This document shows positions 1 through 11,431 of a stretch of 64,000 nucleotides of DNA, piece by piece. This DNA comes from Alphaproteobacteria bacterium. GTDB lineage: Bacteria; Pseudomonadota; Alphaproteobacteria; UBA828. The position numbers and the translations under genes were made by a program. The DNA is taken from contig CBDEFM010000001.1 in assembly GCA_965237415.1 (NCBI GenBank), forward strand, positions 160,001-224,000. The letters are read 5' to 3'. Position 1 is the stretch's first letter. Each line of letters starts with the position of its first letter. The notes under the pieces are model-generated. The model saw only the letters and a list, made by a program, of their open reading frames with translations, was not told where the DNA came from and made no database searches.

Positions 1-389
1 CGGAGCCGATGGGCCAAGTGCCACGCCGACTTCTGCGTGATCTCGAGATCGCGATGCAGCTTCATGCTGCTAATTCCTTTGAGGCTCGTGGTCACCAGAT
101 AAATGGCGATGGCCCAGGTCTGGTAACCGAGGTTCGAGCCCTGCATGACGATCCCGGTCCGCAGACTGAACATGGGGCGGTTAGGGCAGTCGCGGCACCG
201 GTGCGTCATGGTCCGATGCCGGATGCCGCTCTGGACGTTGAGGCTGCCGCAATGGGGGCAATAGGGACCGTCCGGCCATACCTGCGCTTCGAACCACGCG
301 CGGGAGGTCTCGTCGTCGGGGAACATACGCAGCAGGGATACGAGGCCGATTCCCTCGCGGTCCCCCTTGCCTGGTGCGCTCTTGCCCAT
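1..389 (-). mobile_element. IS1595-family transposase, N-terminal part (runs off the window edge)
   Basis: Manual minus-strand translation from ATG 389 (SD GGAGGA upstream): MGKSAPGKGDREGIGLVSLLRMFPDDETSRAWFEAQVWPDGPYCPHCGS...HRCRDC...FSLRTG...KGISSMKLHRDLEITQKSAWHLAHRL. This is the zinc-ribbon plus HTH typical of IS1595 transposases. It is absent from the ORF track because there is no stop inside the window. Confidence 0.9.
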
Positions 390-519
390 CTCCGATCCTC
401 CTGAATTGTGATCGGAGTGTAACACATCAGGAGTTGACCGTCAAGAGGAACTTTCTTCTAAAACAAATACTTAGGGACGGAAATCGGTGGCGATAAATAG
501 GTGATTGCTAAATACTCAC

Positions 520-642
520 ATGACTGACAAGATTTGGAACCAAATCAAGGAAGCCGGAGATGGAATCTTCGGCTTCCTGTACTCTACGGCCCCTGGCTGG
601 ATGCTCGCTCTCGGGATCACGCTCGCCGTGATCCTCACTTAG
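520..642 (+). CDS. Candidate 40-aa small membrane protein
   Basis: ATG 520 to TAG 642: MTDKIWNQIKEAGDGIFGFLYSTAPGWMLALGITLAVILT. Hydrophobic C-terminus; fills the gap convergent with 645..998; SD spacing is poor. Confidence 0.35.
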   Translation: MTDKIWNQIKEAGDGIFGFLYSTAPGWMLALGITLAVILT

Positions 643-644
643 CA

Positions 645-998
645 TCAGTCCTTCTTGGCGGCGTTCATGATCTTGGCGATGTCGTCACCGGTGAGCGCGC
701 CACCCTTTCTCGTAGCAAACCAATAGGTCACGACGGCGGCAGCGATTGGTAGAATGGCGAAGAACAAATCCTTCGCCATAGCGTGCTCGCCTATCGCTAT
801 GAAGTAGCCGGAGAATCCCGCCCCCGCCCCGAACAGGAAGAAGGCAGCACTGTACGTCACGCGCACACGGACCGCACTTCTCATCTTCTCGGTCTTGGGA
901 TTCTGGTCTTGAGTCGAAGGCTCGCCACCCTCGCCGCCCGCTTGAACATCGGCCATCGAACTATACCTCTTCTTCGTGACGGCCCGCGAATCGGTCAC
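645..998 (-). CDS. Hypothetical two-TM membrane protein, probable IS passenger
   Basis: 117-aa ORF with two hydrophobic segments (YSAAFFLFGAGAGFSGYFIAIG; LFFAILPIAAAVVTYWF), lying between the transposase and a putative IS end. Confidence 0.6.
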   Translation of the reverse strand: MTDSRAVTKKRYSSMADVQAGGEGGEPSTQDQNPKTEKMRSAVRVRVTYSAAFFLFGAGAGFSGYFIAIGEHAMAKDLFFAILPIAAAVVTYWFATRKGGALTGDDIAKIMNAAKKD

Positions 999-1153
999 GG
1001 ACCGAGCCTTCTCGGTAGCACGATCAAGAGATGGGGCACAACCCCCTATGTGGAAGGTTGAGACGAAATCGTCGATTCGAGGACTAGGGACGGGGCGAAG
1101 GGCTAGATGTGGGGCATGGAACCAAAGGGTTGAGATGGATGATTCCGGGCAAA

Positions 1154-1177
1154 TGTGACCTTCGTATATAATCTCCC
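1154..1177 (-). mobile_element. Putative IS1595 (ISNwi1-like) terminal inverted repeat
   Basis: Reverse complement reads GGGAGATTATATACGAAGGTCACA, fitting the ggnnatTAT end pattern as recalled for the ISNwi1 group. The partner end is not identifiable in the window. Confidence 0.4.
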
Positions 1178-1260
1178 TAAATTGCGGGGGGAGAGGGCAT
1201 GAGCAAAACGATACCTCGGGTGATTACGAGAAAACCGTGGGCACCGGCCACACACAGCCG

Positions 1261-2613
1261 TCACCGGCCTGAACGCAGAGACAGTGGAGCGCCGGCGAGC
1301 GGCGACACCAGCCGCACCAACTCAACCTGCCGAGATATGTCGTGCTTGACGAATATTTTCTGCACGTGCCACCGGATTGTGCTTTCCCTGCGGCCCGTTG
1401 CCGCTGCGATATCTCGGGGGGTCCTGCCTTCGGCCAACATCACAGCAACTTGGCTCTCCGCAGGCGTGAGATCCAGGGCCGCCATCACGAGTTCAGGATC
1501 GATACGCACCCGGCTTGCAGGATCGACGATCAGCACGAGCGCGGCGACATGTCGGGGGCGGAAGTCCATGCGTCCGCCGCCCACGGGGCTGACGTGCAAG
1601 ACGAGCCGCGGCAAGACGGATCGACGCGTTACCGACATCGAAGCGCTCGTACCCTGGCCGCCGCCGCGCGGCAGGGCGCGTGCCAACAGCTTTCCTGCTT
1701 ATCCATGAAGCTCAGCAAGGCTGCCGAGACGCAACGTATGAGCCATCGCGGTTTCCAGTCGCTGTGCCATATCCGAGTCCGCACCGTGCAACTCCCGCCT
1801 ACGTCGTTGTGACCTCGTCGGACTTAGACACGAGCAGGAACAAGGCATCGGTGAGCGGACTTTCATGGATAAGCAGGACAGCTTTTGCAGGTCGTCGTCG
1901 TCGGCCGGCGAGCGGGCATGGAGGAAGCCGCCCCGGTCGCACAACCCGTCGCCTTTGCGCAGGAGGTCACGGGCAGGATCGTTGACGGCCTCGATGTGCC
2001 CGCTCCGGGCCAGTTGGATTATCCCGAACCTGGAGTTGTCGAGTAGCCTGGCGAGGGACGTGCCTGCGGCCCCGGCATCGGCCAGCGCCTGGCGGACACG
2101 CACGAATTGGCGAATGTGGGGCAAGAGACGCCTGATCATGTCGAGCTGATCGGACGACCAGTCGTCGGTGCCGACAGGATCGCAAATCGCCCAGACGATG
2201 CGCGAGCCACTCGGCCCTTCCATACGCACATTGAGACCGTTCTGAGTGCCGCCGACGGGCAGCACCTCGTTGTATGCCGGGGAGGCTTTCAGCTCCTGCT
2301 CGGTGTAGAGGTCGGGAACGTGAAACAGCTGGCTGTCGGGCAGTTGCCTGAGGCGTGGGATACGTTCGTCCCAGGGGAAATAGTGTTTGAAGTACTCGCG
2401 CTCCAATTCCTTATGGTGTTCACCGCGGAAGCAGAACCTTATGTAGAAGATCTCGACATCATCGTGAGTTTGTCCCTCGGCGAAAGTCAGCATGTTGCCC
2501 TTCGTCCGGCAGGCGTCGTCGATCAGGGCGGAGGTTGGCAACCAGTGAGCGTCGTCGAGCATGGCCTCGTGCAACGATGCCAGGATGCGATCGAACGCGT
2601 CTCGTTCGCTCAT
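1261..2613 (-). pseudogene. LuxR-type HTH regulator (sensor/PAS-like N-terminus) interrupted by a MITE
   Basis: ORFs 1699..2613 and 1261..1686 rejoin in frame (DDDLQK-LLARAL) when 1694..1877 and one TSD copy are removed, giving 386 aa. C-terminal LTPAESQVAVMLAEGRTPRDIA...TIRWHVQKIFVK is a LuxR HTH. Confidence 0.9.
1694..1877. mobile_element. 184-bp MITE, copy 1 (IS1595/ISSod11-like ends)
   Basis: 16-bp TIR CCTGCTTATCCATGAA / TTCATGGATAAGCAGG; 8-bp TSD ACAGCTTT at 1686-1693 and 1878-1885; second copy at 11147..11330. Confidence 0.95.
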
Positions 2614-2955
2614 GATGAGCTTTCGACCTTCGTTGTCCGGGTTTCTCCCTGGGCGAAGATCTTCACTCCTTAGGCTCCGGCAAGGACCGGACCCTGGAAG
2701 GACTCCAGAGCCGGTTCTGGCCAGACTCGCCGGACCTCCTTGGCAACGGGGGCCGCTAGGCGGGCGATATTCGCCGCAAAGACGAGCCCCACCGGGTGAT
2801 CCGCTTCAAAATAGTAATCAATCGGTGTACGTAATGCCATATCTGAGATGACTGTTTGTTAGATGTGGCAGTTTGAGCGTCTCCCTGCGCGGGCGCGGGC
2901 AGCCTAAGCGGCGGTGCGTTAAGCCGCGCGCCGGCGCGATGTGCTACCGTCGGGC

Positions 2956-4146
2956 ATGGTCCACTCCAGCGCCCGCGACGTGGCGCTCCTCGCTCTCTGC
3001 CAAGCACTGTTCCTCACCGCGACCTCCGCGGTGATCGTCGCCGCGCCGCTGATCGGCTATGGGCTCGCCGAGGAGAAGGTGCTGGCGACGCTGCCCATCG
3101 GCGTCCAGATGGTGATGATGATGGCGGCGACGGTGCCTGCGTCGCTGCTGATGAAGCGCATCGGCCGGCGCGAGGGCTTCACCGTGGGTGCCGTCATCGG
3201 GCTTGCCGGCGCGCTCGTCGGCTTCTGGGGTATCATGGCCGCCGATTTCGCGCTCTTCTGCGTCGGCACGGGCCTCATCGGCACGTTCAACGGCTTTGCC
3301 CAGTACTACCGCTACGCCGCGGCGGACGCGGCGAGCGAGGCCTTCAAGAGCCGGGCGATTTCGCTGGTGCTGGCGGGCGGCGTGATCGCTTCGGTGGGCC
3401 CTCTGCTCGCCGACTGGTCGCAGGACATGTTCGCGCCCATCGCCTTCGCCGGAATCTTCGTCGCGGTGGCCGCGATCTACGTGATGACGCTCGTGGTGCT
3501 CCGCTTCATCACCATACCGCCGCCGGACCAGGAGGAGCGCAGCAGCACAGGCCGGCCCCTGCTGCAGATCATGCGGCAGCCCACCTTCATCATCGCCGTG
3601 CTCGGCTCCTTGGTCGGATTTGCGATGATGTCGCTGCTGATGACCGCGATCCCGCTCGCCATGCACTTCTGCGGCTTCGGCTTCTCGCAGTCGGCGCAGA
3701 CGATCCAGTGGCACGTGCTCGGCATGTTCGCGCCCTCGTTCGTCACCGGCCACCTGATCAAGCGCTTCGGCACGATGACCGTCATGGCCGCCGGCGCACT
3801 CTTGATCGCGCTCTGCGCGGTCGCAAACCTTGATGGCATCGCGCTGGTCAATTTCCAGGTTGCGGCGATCCTGCTGGGAGTCGGTTGGAACTTCCTGTTC
3901 ACCGGCGGCACGACGCTGGTGACCGAAGTCCACACCCCGGCGGAAAAGGCCAAGACCCAGGCCGCCCACGATTTCATCGTCTTCGGCGGCGTGGCGGCGG
4001 CGGCGCTGCTCTCCGGCGCGCTACACGAGGCCGTGGGCTGGCAGACGATGAACTACGCCGTGCTGCCCTTCCTCGCCGCGGTCCTGGTGGGGCTCGCCTG
4101 GCTCGGGCTGAGCGGCCGCGCCGCCGCCGCCAAAGCGGCCCCGTGA
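2956..4146 (+). CDS. MFS transporter
   Basis: About 12 hydrophobic helices; LMKRIGRR and YRYAAAD loop motifs. Confidence 0.9.
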   Translation: MVHSSARDVALLALCQALFLTATSAVIVAAPLIGYGLAEEKVLATLPIGVQMVMMMAATVPASLLMKRIGRREGFTVGAVIGLAGALVGFWGIMAADFALFCVGTGLIGTFNGFAQYYRYAAADAASEAFKSRAISLVLAGGVIASVGPLLADWSQDMFAPIAFAGIFVAVAAIYVMTLVVLRFITIPPPDQEERSSTGRPLLQIMRQPTFIIAVLGSLVGFAMMSLLMTAIPLAMHFCGFGFSQSAQTIQWHVLGMFAPSFVTGHLIKRFGTMTVMAAGALLIALCAVANLDGIALVNFQVAAILLGVGWNFLFTGGTTLVTEVHTPAEKAKTQAAHDFIVFGGVAAAALLSGALHEAVGWQTMNYAVLPFLAAVLVGLAWLGLSGRAAAAKAAP

Positions 4147-4231
4147 CCGCCCGGCGGTGGTGGGCTGTTCGTCGCCGCCGCTCCCTCAGCGAGCCAGCGT
4201 TAGAGCGTGATTCTTGTTCCCTATCAAATAG

Positions 4232-4510
4232 TTATTTGAAATTGCCTTCGTTTTGCAAAAAACCGTTTCCGCCGCCGATCCTGGGCAGGAAGCAGACCTC
4301 GCTCTCAGGCCGGACCGCGGCGAACAGGTCGTCCTGATGGATTTGGGCATCGACCGCGACGGCCATGCCCTCCTCCAGCTCGCGCCCGATACCCGCATAG
4401 CGGGCCTCGAGCGCGCGGATCACGCCGCGAATGTCGCTCGCCTCGACCTCAAGCTCCGTCACCCCGCCGGTATAGCGGGCGAGGCTTGAGGGCAGGACGA
4501 CCCGCGCCAA
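4232..4510 (-). CDS. MoaD/ThiS-family ubiquitin-like protein with an 11-aa extension after the Gly-Gly motif
   Basis: TTG start at 4510: MARVVLPSSLARYTGG...AVAVDAQI...EVCFLPRIGGG, then NGFLQNEGNFK encoded by AT-rich sequence. Confidence 0.75.
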   Translation of the reverse strand: MARVVLPSSLARYTGGVTELEVEASDIRGVIRALEARYAGIGRELEEGMAVAVDAQIHQDDLFAAVRPESEVCFLPRIGGGNGFLQNEGNFK

Positions 4511-4517
4511 GACTGCG

Positions 4518-6814
4518 TCAGGCGCTGCCGCCGCCGTTGTCGAGTGCCGCGAGCAACCGCGGCGGGACATCGGGAGGTCGGTCATGCGCACGCCGGTCGC
4601 ACTCTCGATCGCGTTGGCGACCGCCGCCATCGGCGGCACGATCGGCGTCTCGCCGACGCCCCGCACACCATAGGGGTGGTTCGGGTTCGGCACCTCGACG
4701 ATGACCGCGTCGATCATCGGCAGGTCCGAGGCCACCGGCATGCGGTAGTCGAGGAAGCCCGGATTCTCCATCCGGCCATCCTTGTCGTAGATGTACTCCT
4801 CGTTGAGCGCCCAGCCGATTCCCTGTGCGGCGCCGCCCTGGATCTGGCCCTCGACGTAGCTCGGATGCACCGCCTTGCCGGCATCTTGCACGGCCGTGTA
4901 GCGCAGGACGGTGACGCGCCCGGTCTCGCGGTCGACCTCGACGTCGCACACATGGGTGCCGAAGCCGGGGCCTGCCCCTTGCGCGTTGATGGCCGCAGTC
5001 GCCGCGATCGGGCCGCCCGTCTTGCCGGCCTGGGCCGCGATCTCGGCGAGGCTCAGCGGCTCGAAGTCGCCGGCGTTGCTGCCTGATGGCTTGGCGTAGC
5101 CGTCCTCCCACTCCACCGCGTCGACCGGGATATCCCAGATCTTGGCGGCGCGCTCGCGCACCTGCTCGACGACCTTCCCGGCCGCCTCGATGGCCGCCAT
5201 GCCGGTGGCGAAGGTGACCCGGCTGCCGCCGGTGAGGAAGGTGTAGCCGATGGAGTCGGTGTCGGCGACCAGCGGGCGCACCCTCTCCGGCGGGATGCCG
5301 AGGGCTTCCGCCGCCTGCAGCTGGATCGAGGCGCGCGAGCCGCCGATGTCGGGGTTGCCCTCGATCACGGTCGCCGTGCCGTCCTCGTTGATGTTGATGG
5401 TGGCGCAGGACTCGCCGCCGATGTTGAACCAGAAGCCGGTGGCGATTCCCCGCCCCTGGTTGGGGCCGAGCGGCGTATTGTAGTGCTCGCTCTGGCGCGC
5501 GGCCTCCAGCGTCTCGATGCAACCGATCGGCCCGAACTTAGGCCCGTAGAGCGCGCGGGTGCCCTCCGTCGCCGCGTTCATGATGCGGAACTCGGCGGGA
5601 TCGATGTCGAGCTTCTTCGCGATCTCGTCGACCACGGCCTCGGAGGCGAACTCGGAGATCGGCGCCCCCGGCGCGCGGTAGGCGGCCACCTTGGGCCGGT
5701 TCACCACCACGTCGTAGCCCTCGACCTCGGCGTTCTCGATGTCGTAGGGAGCGAAGACGCACATGCAGCCCGGCCCGATCGGCGAGCCGGGGAAGGCGCC
5801 GGCCTGATAGGCGATCCACGCCTTGGCCGCAGTGAGCTTGCCGTCCTTGGTGGCTCCCATCTTGATCGTCATGGCGCCGCCAGAGGTCGGTCCGCTGGCG
5901 CGGAAGACCTCCTCGCGGGACATCACCATCTTGACCGGCCGGCCGGCGATCTGCGAGAGCCGGAGTGCGATCGGCTCCAGATAGACCACGGTCTTGCCGC
6001 CGAAGCCGCCGCCGATCTCGGACGGCGTCACACAGATTTTGCCGATGTCGATGCCGAGCAGGTTGGCGCAGTAGGCGCGCACGGTGAACTGCCCCTGGGT
6101 GCAGCACCAGACCTCGCACTGTCCGTCCTCGCCAGCGCTGGCGACCACCGCGTGCGGCTCGATATAGCCCTGATGCACCGGCTTGGTGGTGAAGGTGCGC
6201 TCCACAATCAGGTCGGCCTGGGCGAACCCCGCCTCAAGATCGCCGCTCGAGAAGTAAATCTTCTTGAAGATGTTCGACGGCGTCTCGGGTGTGGGCTCCA
6301 CGCCCTCGGTGAACATATTGTCATGCAGCACCGGCGCGTCCGGCTTCATCGCCTCGCGCACGTCGATCACGTGCGGCAACACCTCGTAGTCAACCTCGAT
6401 CAGGTCGAGCGCCTGCTTGGCGATGGCCGCCGAGGTCGCCGCCACCGCGGCGACAGCGTGGCCGTCGTAGAGCGCCTTCTCGCGCGCCATCACGTTCTGC
6501 GACATATCGCGGTAGTTGACCGCCACCTCGCCCGCCGGCACCCACTGGTCGGGAATTTCCGGCATCTCGTCGCGGGTGACGATGGCCTTCACGCCGGGGA
6601 GCGCGCGGGCCTTGGAGGTATCGATGGAGAGGATGCGCGCATGCGCGTGGGGGCTCCTGAGAACCCGGCCCACCAGCATGCCTGGCAGCGAGATGTCCGC
6701 GCCGAACTTGGCCCTGCCGGTCACCTTGTCGACGCCGTCGGGGCGCCACGGCCGCGTGCCGACATACTTGAGCGCGCCGTTGCCGTTACCGGTTTTCTTC
6801 GTGGCGGTCGCCAT
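4518..6814 (-). CDS. Xanthine dehydrogenase-family molybdopterin-binding large subunit (apparent 1-bp deletion near 4565)
   Basis: Motifs KVTGRAKF, GGGFGGK, AYRAPG, VEGQIQGG, GVGE. The natural end MSPPRLLAAL...SA* (stop 4518) lies in a shifted frame. Confidence 0.88.
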
Positions 6815-6817
6815 GGG

Positions 6818-7294
6818 TTATTCTCCTCTCAGCTCGGCCGCTGTCGTCATCACGGCGCGGATGATCTTGTCATAGCCGGTGCAGCGGCAGAGATTGCCGG
6901 CCAGCCAGTAGCGTGCCTCGGTCTCGGTGGGATTCGGGTTCTCGGCCAGCAGCGCCTTGGCGGCGACGAGGAAGCCCGGCGTGCAGATGCCGCATTGCAG
7001 CGCCGCATCCTCGAGGAACTGGCGCTGCAACGGATGCAGCGTATCGCCCTCGGCCATGCCTTCGATGGTGCCGATCTCGCACCCCTCGGCCTCGGTGCCG
7101 AGCATCAGGCAGGAGCAGATGAGGGTGCCATCCACGGTCACGCTGCAGGCCCCGCAGTCGCCGGTGGCGCAGCCTTCCTTGGTGCCGGTGAGCTCCAGCT
7201 CGTCGCGGAGCACGTCGAGGAGCGTTTGCTCGCCTGAGCAGAGGAACTCCGTCGGCTCGCCGTTGACGCTCATGGTTACATGATACTTGGCCAT
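6818..7294 (-). CDS. (2Fe-2S)-binding small subunit of the molybdoenzyme
   Basis: GTKEGCATGDCGACSV, QCGICTPG, GNLCRCTGY; ATG at 7294 overlaps the upstream stop. Confidence 0.93.
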   Translation of the reverse strand: MAKYHVTMSVNGEPTEFLCSGEQTLLDVLRDELELTGTKEGCATGDCGACSVTVDGTLICSCLMLGTEAEGCEIGTIEGMAEGDTLHPLQRQFLEDAALQCGICTPGFLVAAKALLAENPNPTETEARYWLAGNLCRCTGYDKIIRAVMTTAAELRGE

Positions 7295-8166
7295 CAGCCG
7301 TTGCTCCTCGCTCGCTCGAGGGCGATGAGCGCGGCCCGCCTGGCCAGCACTCCCGCCACCTTGACCCGGTATTCGATGGTTCCGCGCTTGTCGTCGATGG
7401 GATTGCAGGCGGCGCTCGCCGCGGCGCTGAGCGCGGCCAGCGCGTCGTCGTCCACCTTGGTGCCGATCAGCGCCTTGGCCCCCTCCTCGACCAGGAGCGG
7501 CCGGGGCGCGACCGCGCCGAGGCTGAGCCTCGCGTGCGTGCAGATGCCCGCCTCGTCCAGGGTGAGCGCGACGCCGACGCCGACTACGGCGATATCCATC
7601 TCGGTGCGCGGGATGAAGCGCAGGTAGGCGTCGCCTGAGCGGGGCGGCGGCTTCGGCATGACGAACGTCACCACGATCTCGCCTGGGCCGAGGGAGAGTT
7701 GGCCGGGGCCGGTCACAACGTCCTCCACCGGCACCGAGCGGGTGCCGCCGGGGCCTGCGATCTCGCACACCGCGCCGGCCGCGATCAGCGCGGGCACGCT
7801 GTCGGCGGCGGGCGAGCCGTTGCAGAGGTTGCCACCGAGCGAGGCACGGCCCTGAATCTGGGTCGAGCCGATCAGCTCCAGCGCTTCCACCACCCCTGGC
7901 CATGCCGCTTTCACGGCCTCGTTCTTGCCGAGCGTCGCACCGGAGACCGCCGCGCCGACGCGGATTTCCGCGCCGTTCACCGTTACATCCATCAGTGCCG
8001 GGATGCGCTTCAGATCGACGATCAGACCGGGCCGCACGAAGTCCGTGCGCAGCTGAACCAGGAGGTCAGTGCCGCCGGCGAGCGCTTTGGCCTCGCCGTC
8101 GGCGTTGGCGAGAAGCCGGACGGCGTCCTCCACCGTCTCAGGCGCCTCGAATCGTAGACTGGTCAT
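7294..8166 (-). CDS. FAD-binding medium subunit of the molybdoenzyme
   Basis: AGGTDL, ASLGGNLCNGSPAADS, PIDDKRGT motifs. Confidence 0.93.
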   Translation of the reverse strand: MTSLRFEAPETVEDAVRLLANADGEAKALAGGTDLLVQLRTDFVRPGLIVDLKRIPALMDVTVNGAEIRVGAAVSGATLGKNEAVKAAWPGVVEALELIGSTQIQGRASLGGNLCNGSPAADSVPALIAAGAVCEIAGPGGTRSVPVEDVVTGPGQLSLGPGEIVVTFVMPKPPPRSGDAYLRFIPRTEMDIAVVGVGVALTLDEAGICTHARLSLGAVAPRPLLVEEGAKALIGTKVDDDALAALSAAASAACNPIDDKRGTIEYRVKVAGVLARRAALIALERARSNG

Positions 8167-8344
8167 GTGCGAGGGGTTCCTCCTGTTGGCGCAGCAGCGT
8201 GTTGGCGCCCTCTTTTACCCGAAAAGGCGGGCCGGTTCACAGGGGCAAAATGGCGAGCCATATCGCGGTTACACATGGCGCACGCGGCGTGGCACAATCC
8301 GGGAGCCTGACGCCGAGAGCGCGGGAGAGTGAGAGCCCGGCCCC

Positions 8345-10489
<2,145 letters not shown>

Positions 10490-10645
10490 CCCGGACCATT
10501 CACCACGGTCACGGCCTGCGTCGCGCCGGAAGTCCCCAAGACCACAATCGATACGTTACCAGGGCGGAGCAGGCGTCTTGACCTCCCGCGGGATCGCGAC
10601 ACAAGGTCGGCGCCGGTCCGGCAAGTGCGAGCTGGGAGACTCCCG

Positions 10646-11041
10646 ATGGCACCACCGATCTTTCATATGGCCGCCGGCGCACCGACGCCTGTCGCGCCCT
10701 TCAGCCACGCGGTCGAAGCGGACGGCTGGGTGTTCGTCACCGGTCAAATGCCCAACGACCCCAACGACGAGGCCGCTCCGCTACCTGACGGCATCGAGGG
10801 CCAGACCCGCAACGTCATGGCCAATCTGAAGACCGTGCTCGCCTCCCTCGGCCTCGGGCTTGAGCACGTGATCGTCGCACGGGTCTATCTCACGCACTTC
10901 AAGGAGGATTATGCGGCGATGAACGCGGTCTACGAGACCTATTTCGATCCTGAGCGGCGGCCGGCGCGCACGTGCGTCGGTGTCACCGGGCTCGCCCTCG
11001 ATGCCCGTGTCGAGATCGATCTACTGGCACGACGGCCGTGA
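10646..11041 (+). CDS. RidA/YjgF family protein
   Basis: PFSHAV, FVTGQ, MNAVY, RPARTCVGV...VEID. Confidence 0.9.
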   Translation: MAPPIFHMAAGAPTPVAPFSHAVEADGWVFVTGQMPNDPNDEAAPLPDGIEGQTRNVMANLKTVLASLGLGLEHVIVARVYLTHFKEDYAAMNAVYETYFDPERRPARTCVGVTGLALDARVEIDLLARRP

Positions 11042-11146
11042 CCGTGGTGACAATTCCGGGCTAATGCCGGGAGCCCGCGCCAGCGCGGACTAAACTCTCC
11101 GAAACACCCGCAACCCTCGGAAATGAGCATGTGAGTCAAAACAATA

Positions 11147-11330
11147 CCTGCTTATCCATGAAAGTCCGCTCACCGATGCCTTGTTCCTGCTCGTGTCTAA
11201 GTCCGACGAGGTCACAACGACGTAGGCGGGAGTTGCACGGTGCGGACTCGGATATGGCACAGCGACTGGAAACCGCGATGGCTCATACGTTGCGTCTCGG
11301 CAGCCTTGCTGAGCTTCAGGGATAAGCAGA
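11147..11330. mobile_element. 184-bp MITE, copy 2 (inverted relative to copy 1)
   Basis: 182/184 identical to the reverse complement of 1694..1877 (differences at 11319 and 11330); own 8-bp TSD AAACAATA at 11139-11146 and 11331-11338. Confidence 0.95.
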
Positions 11331-11431
11331 AAACAATATATGACACACCCGAAGACACGCCCTCGGAGCCCGCGGTGACGACGCGACTGAGTGTTTCGAT
11401 TTTCGAACGAATGGACCCAGTGTAACCGGGT

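Noticed and set aside
9-404. 131-aa plus-strand ORF
   Set aside because: Antisense shadow of the IS1595 transposase, whose motifs are on the minus strand.
4518-8166. Aerobic CO dehydrogenase (coxMSL)
   Set aside because: The active-site loop is AYRAPG, not AYXCSFR (form I) or AYXGAGR (form II).
8167-8344. Cobalamin riboswitch upstream of scpA (also looked for near meaB and the CobW gene)
   Set aside because: No B12-box or recognisable core motifs by eye; an Rfam scan would be needed to exclude it fully.
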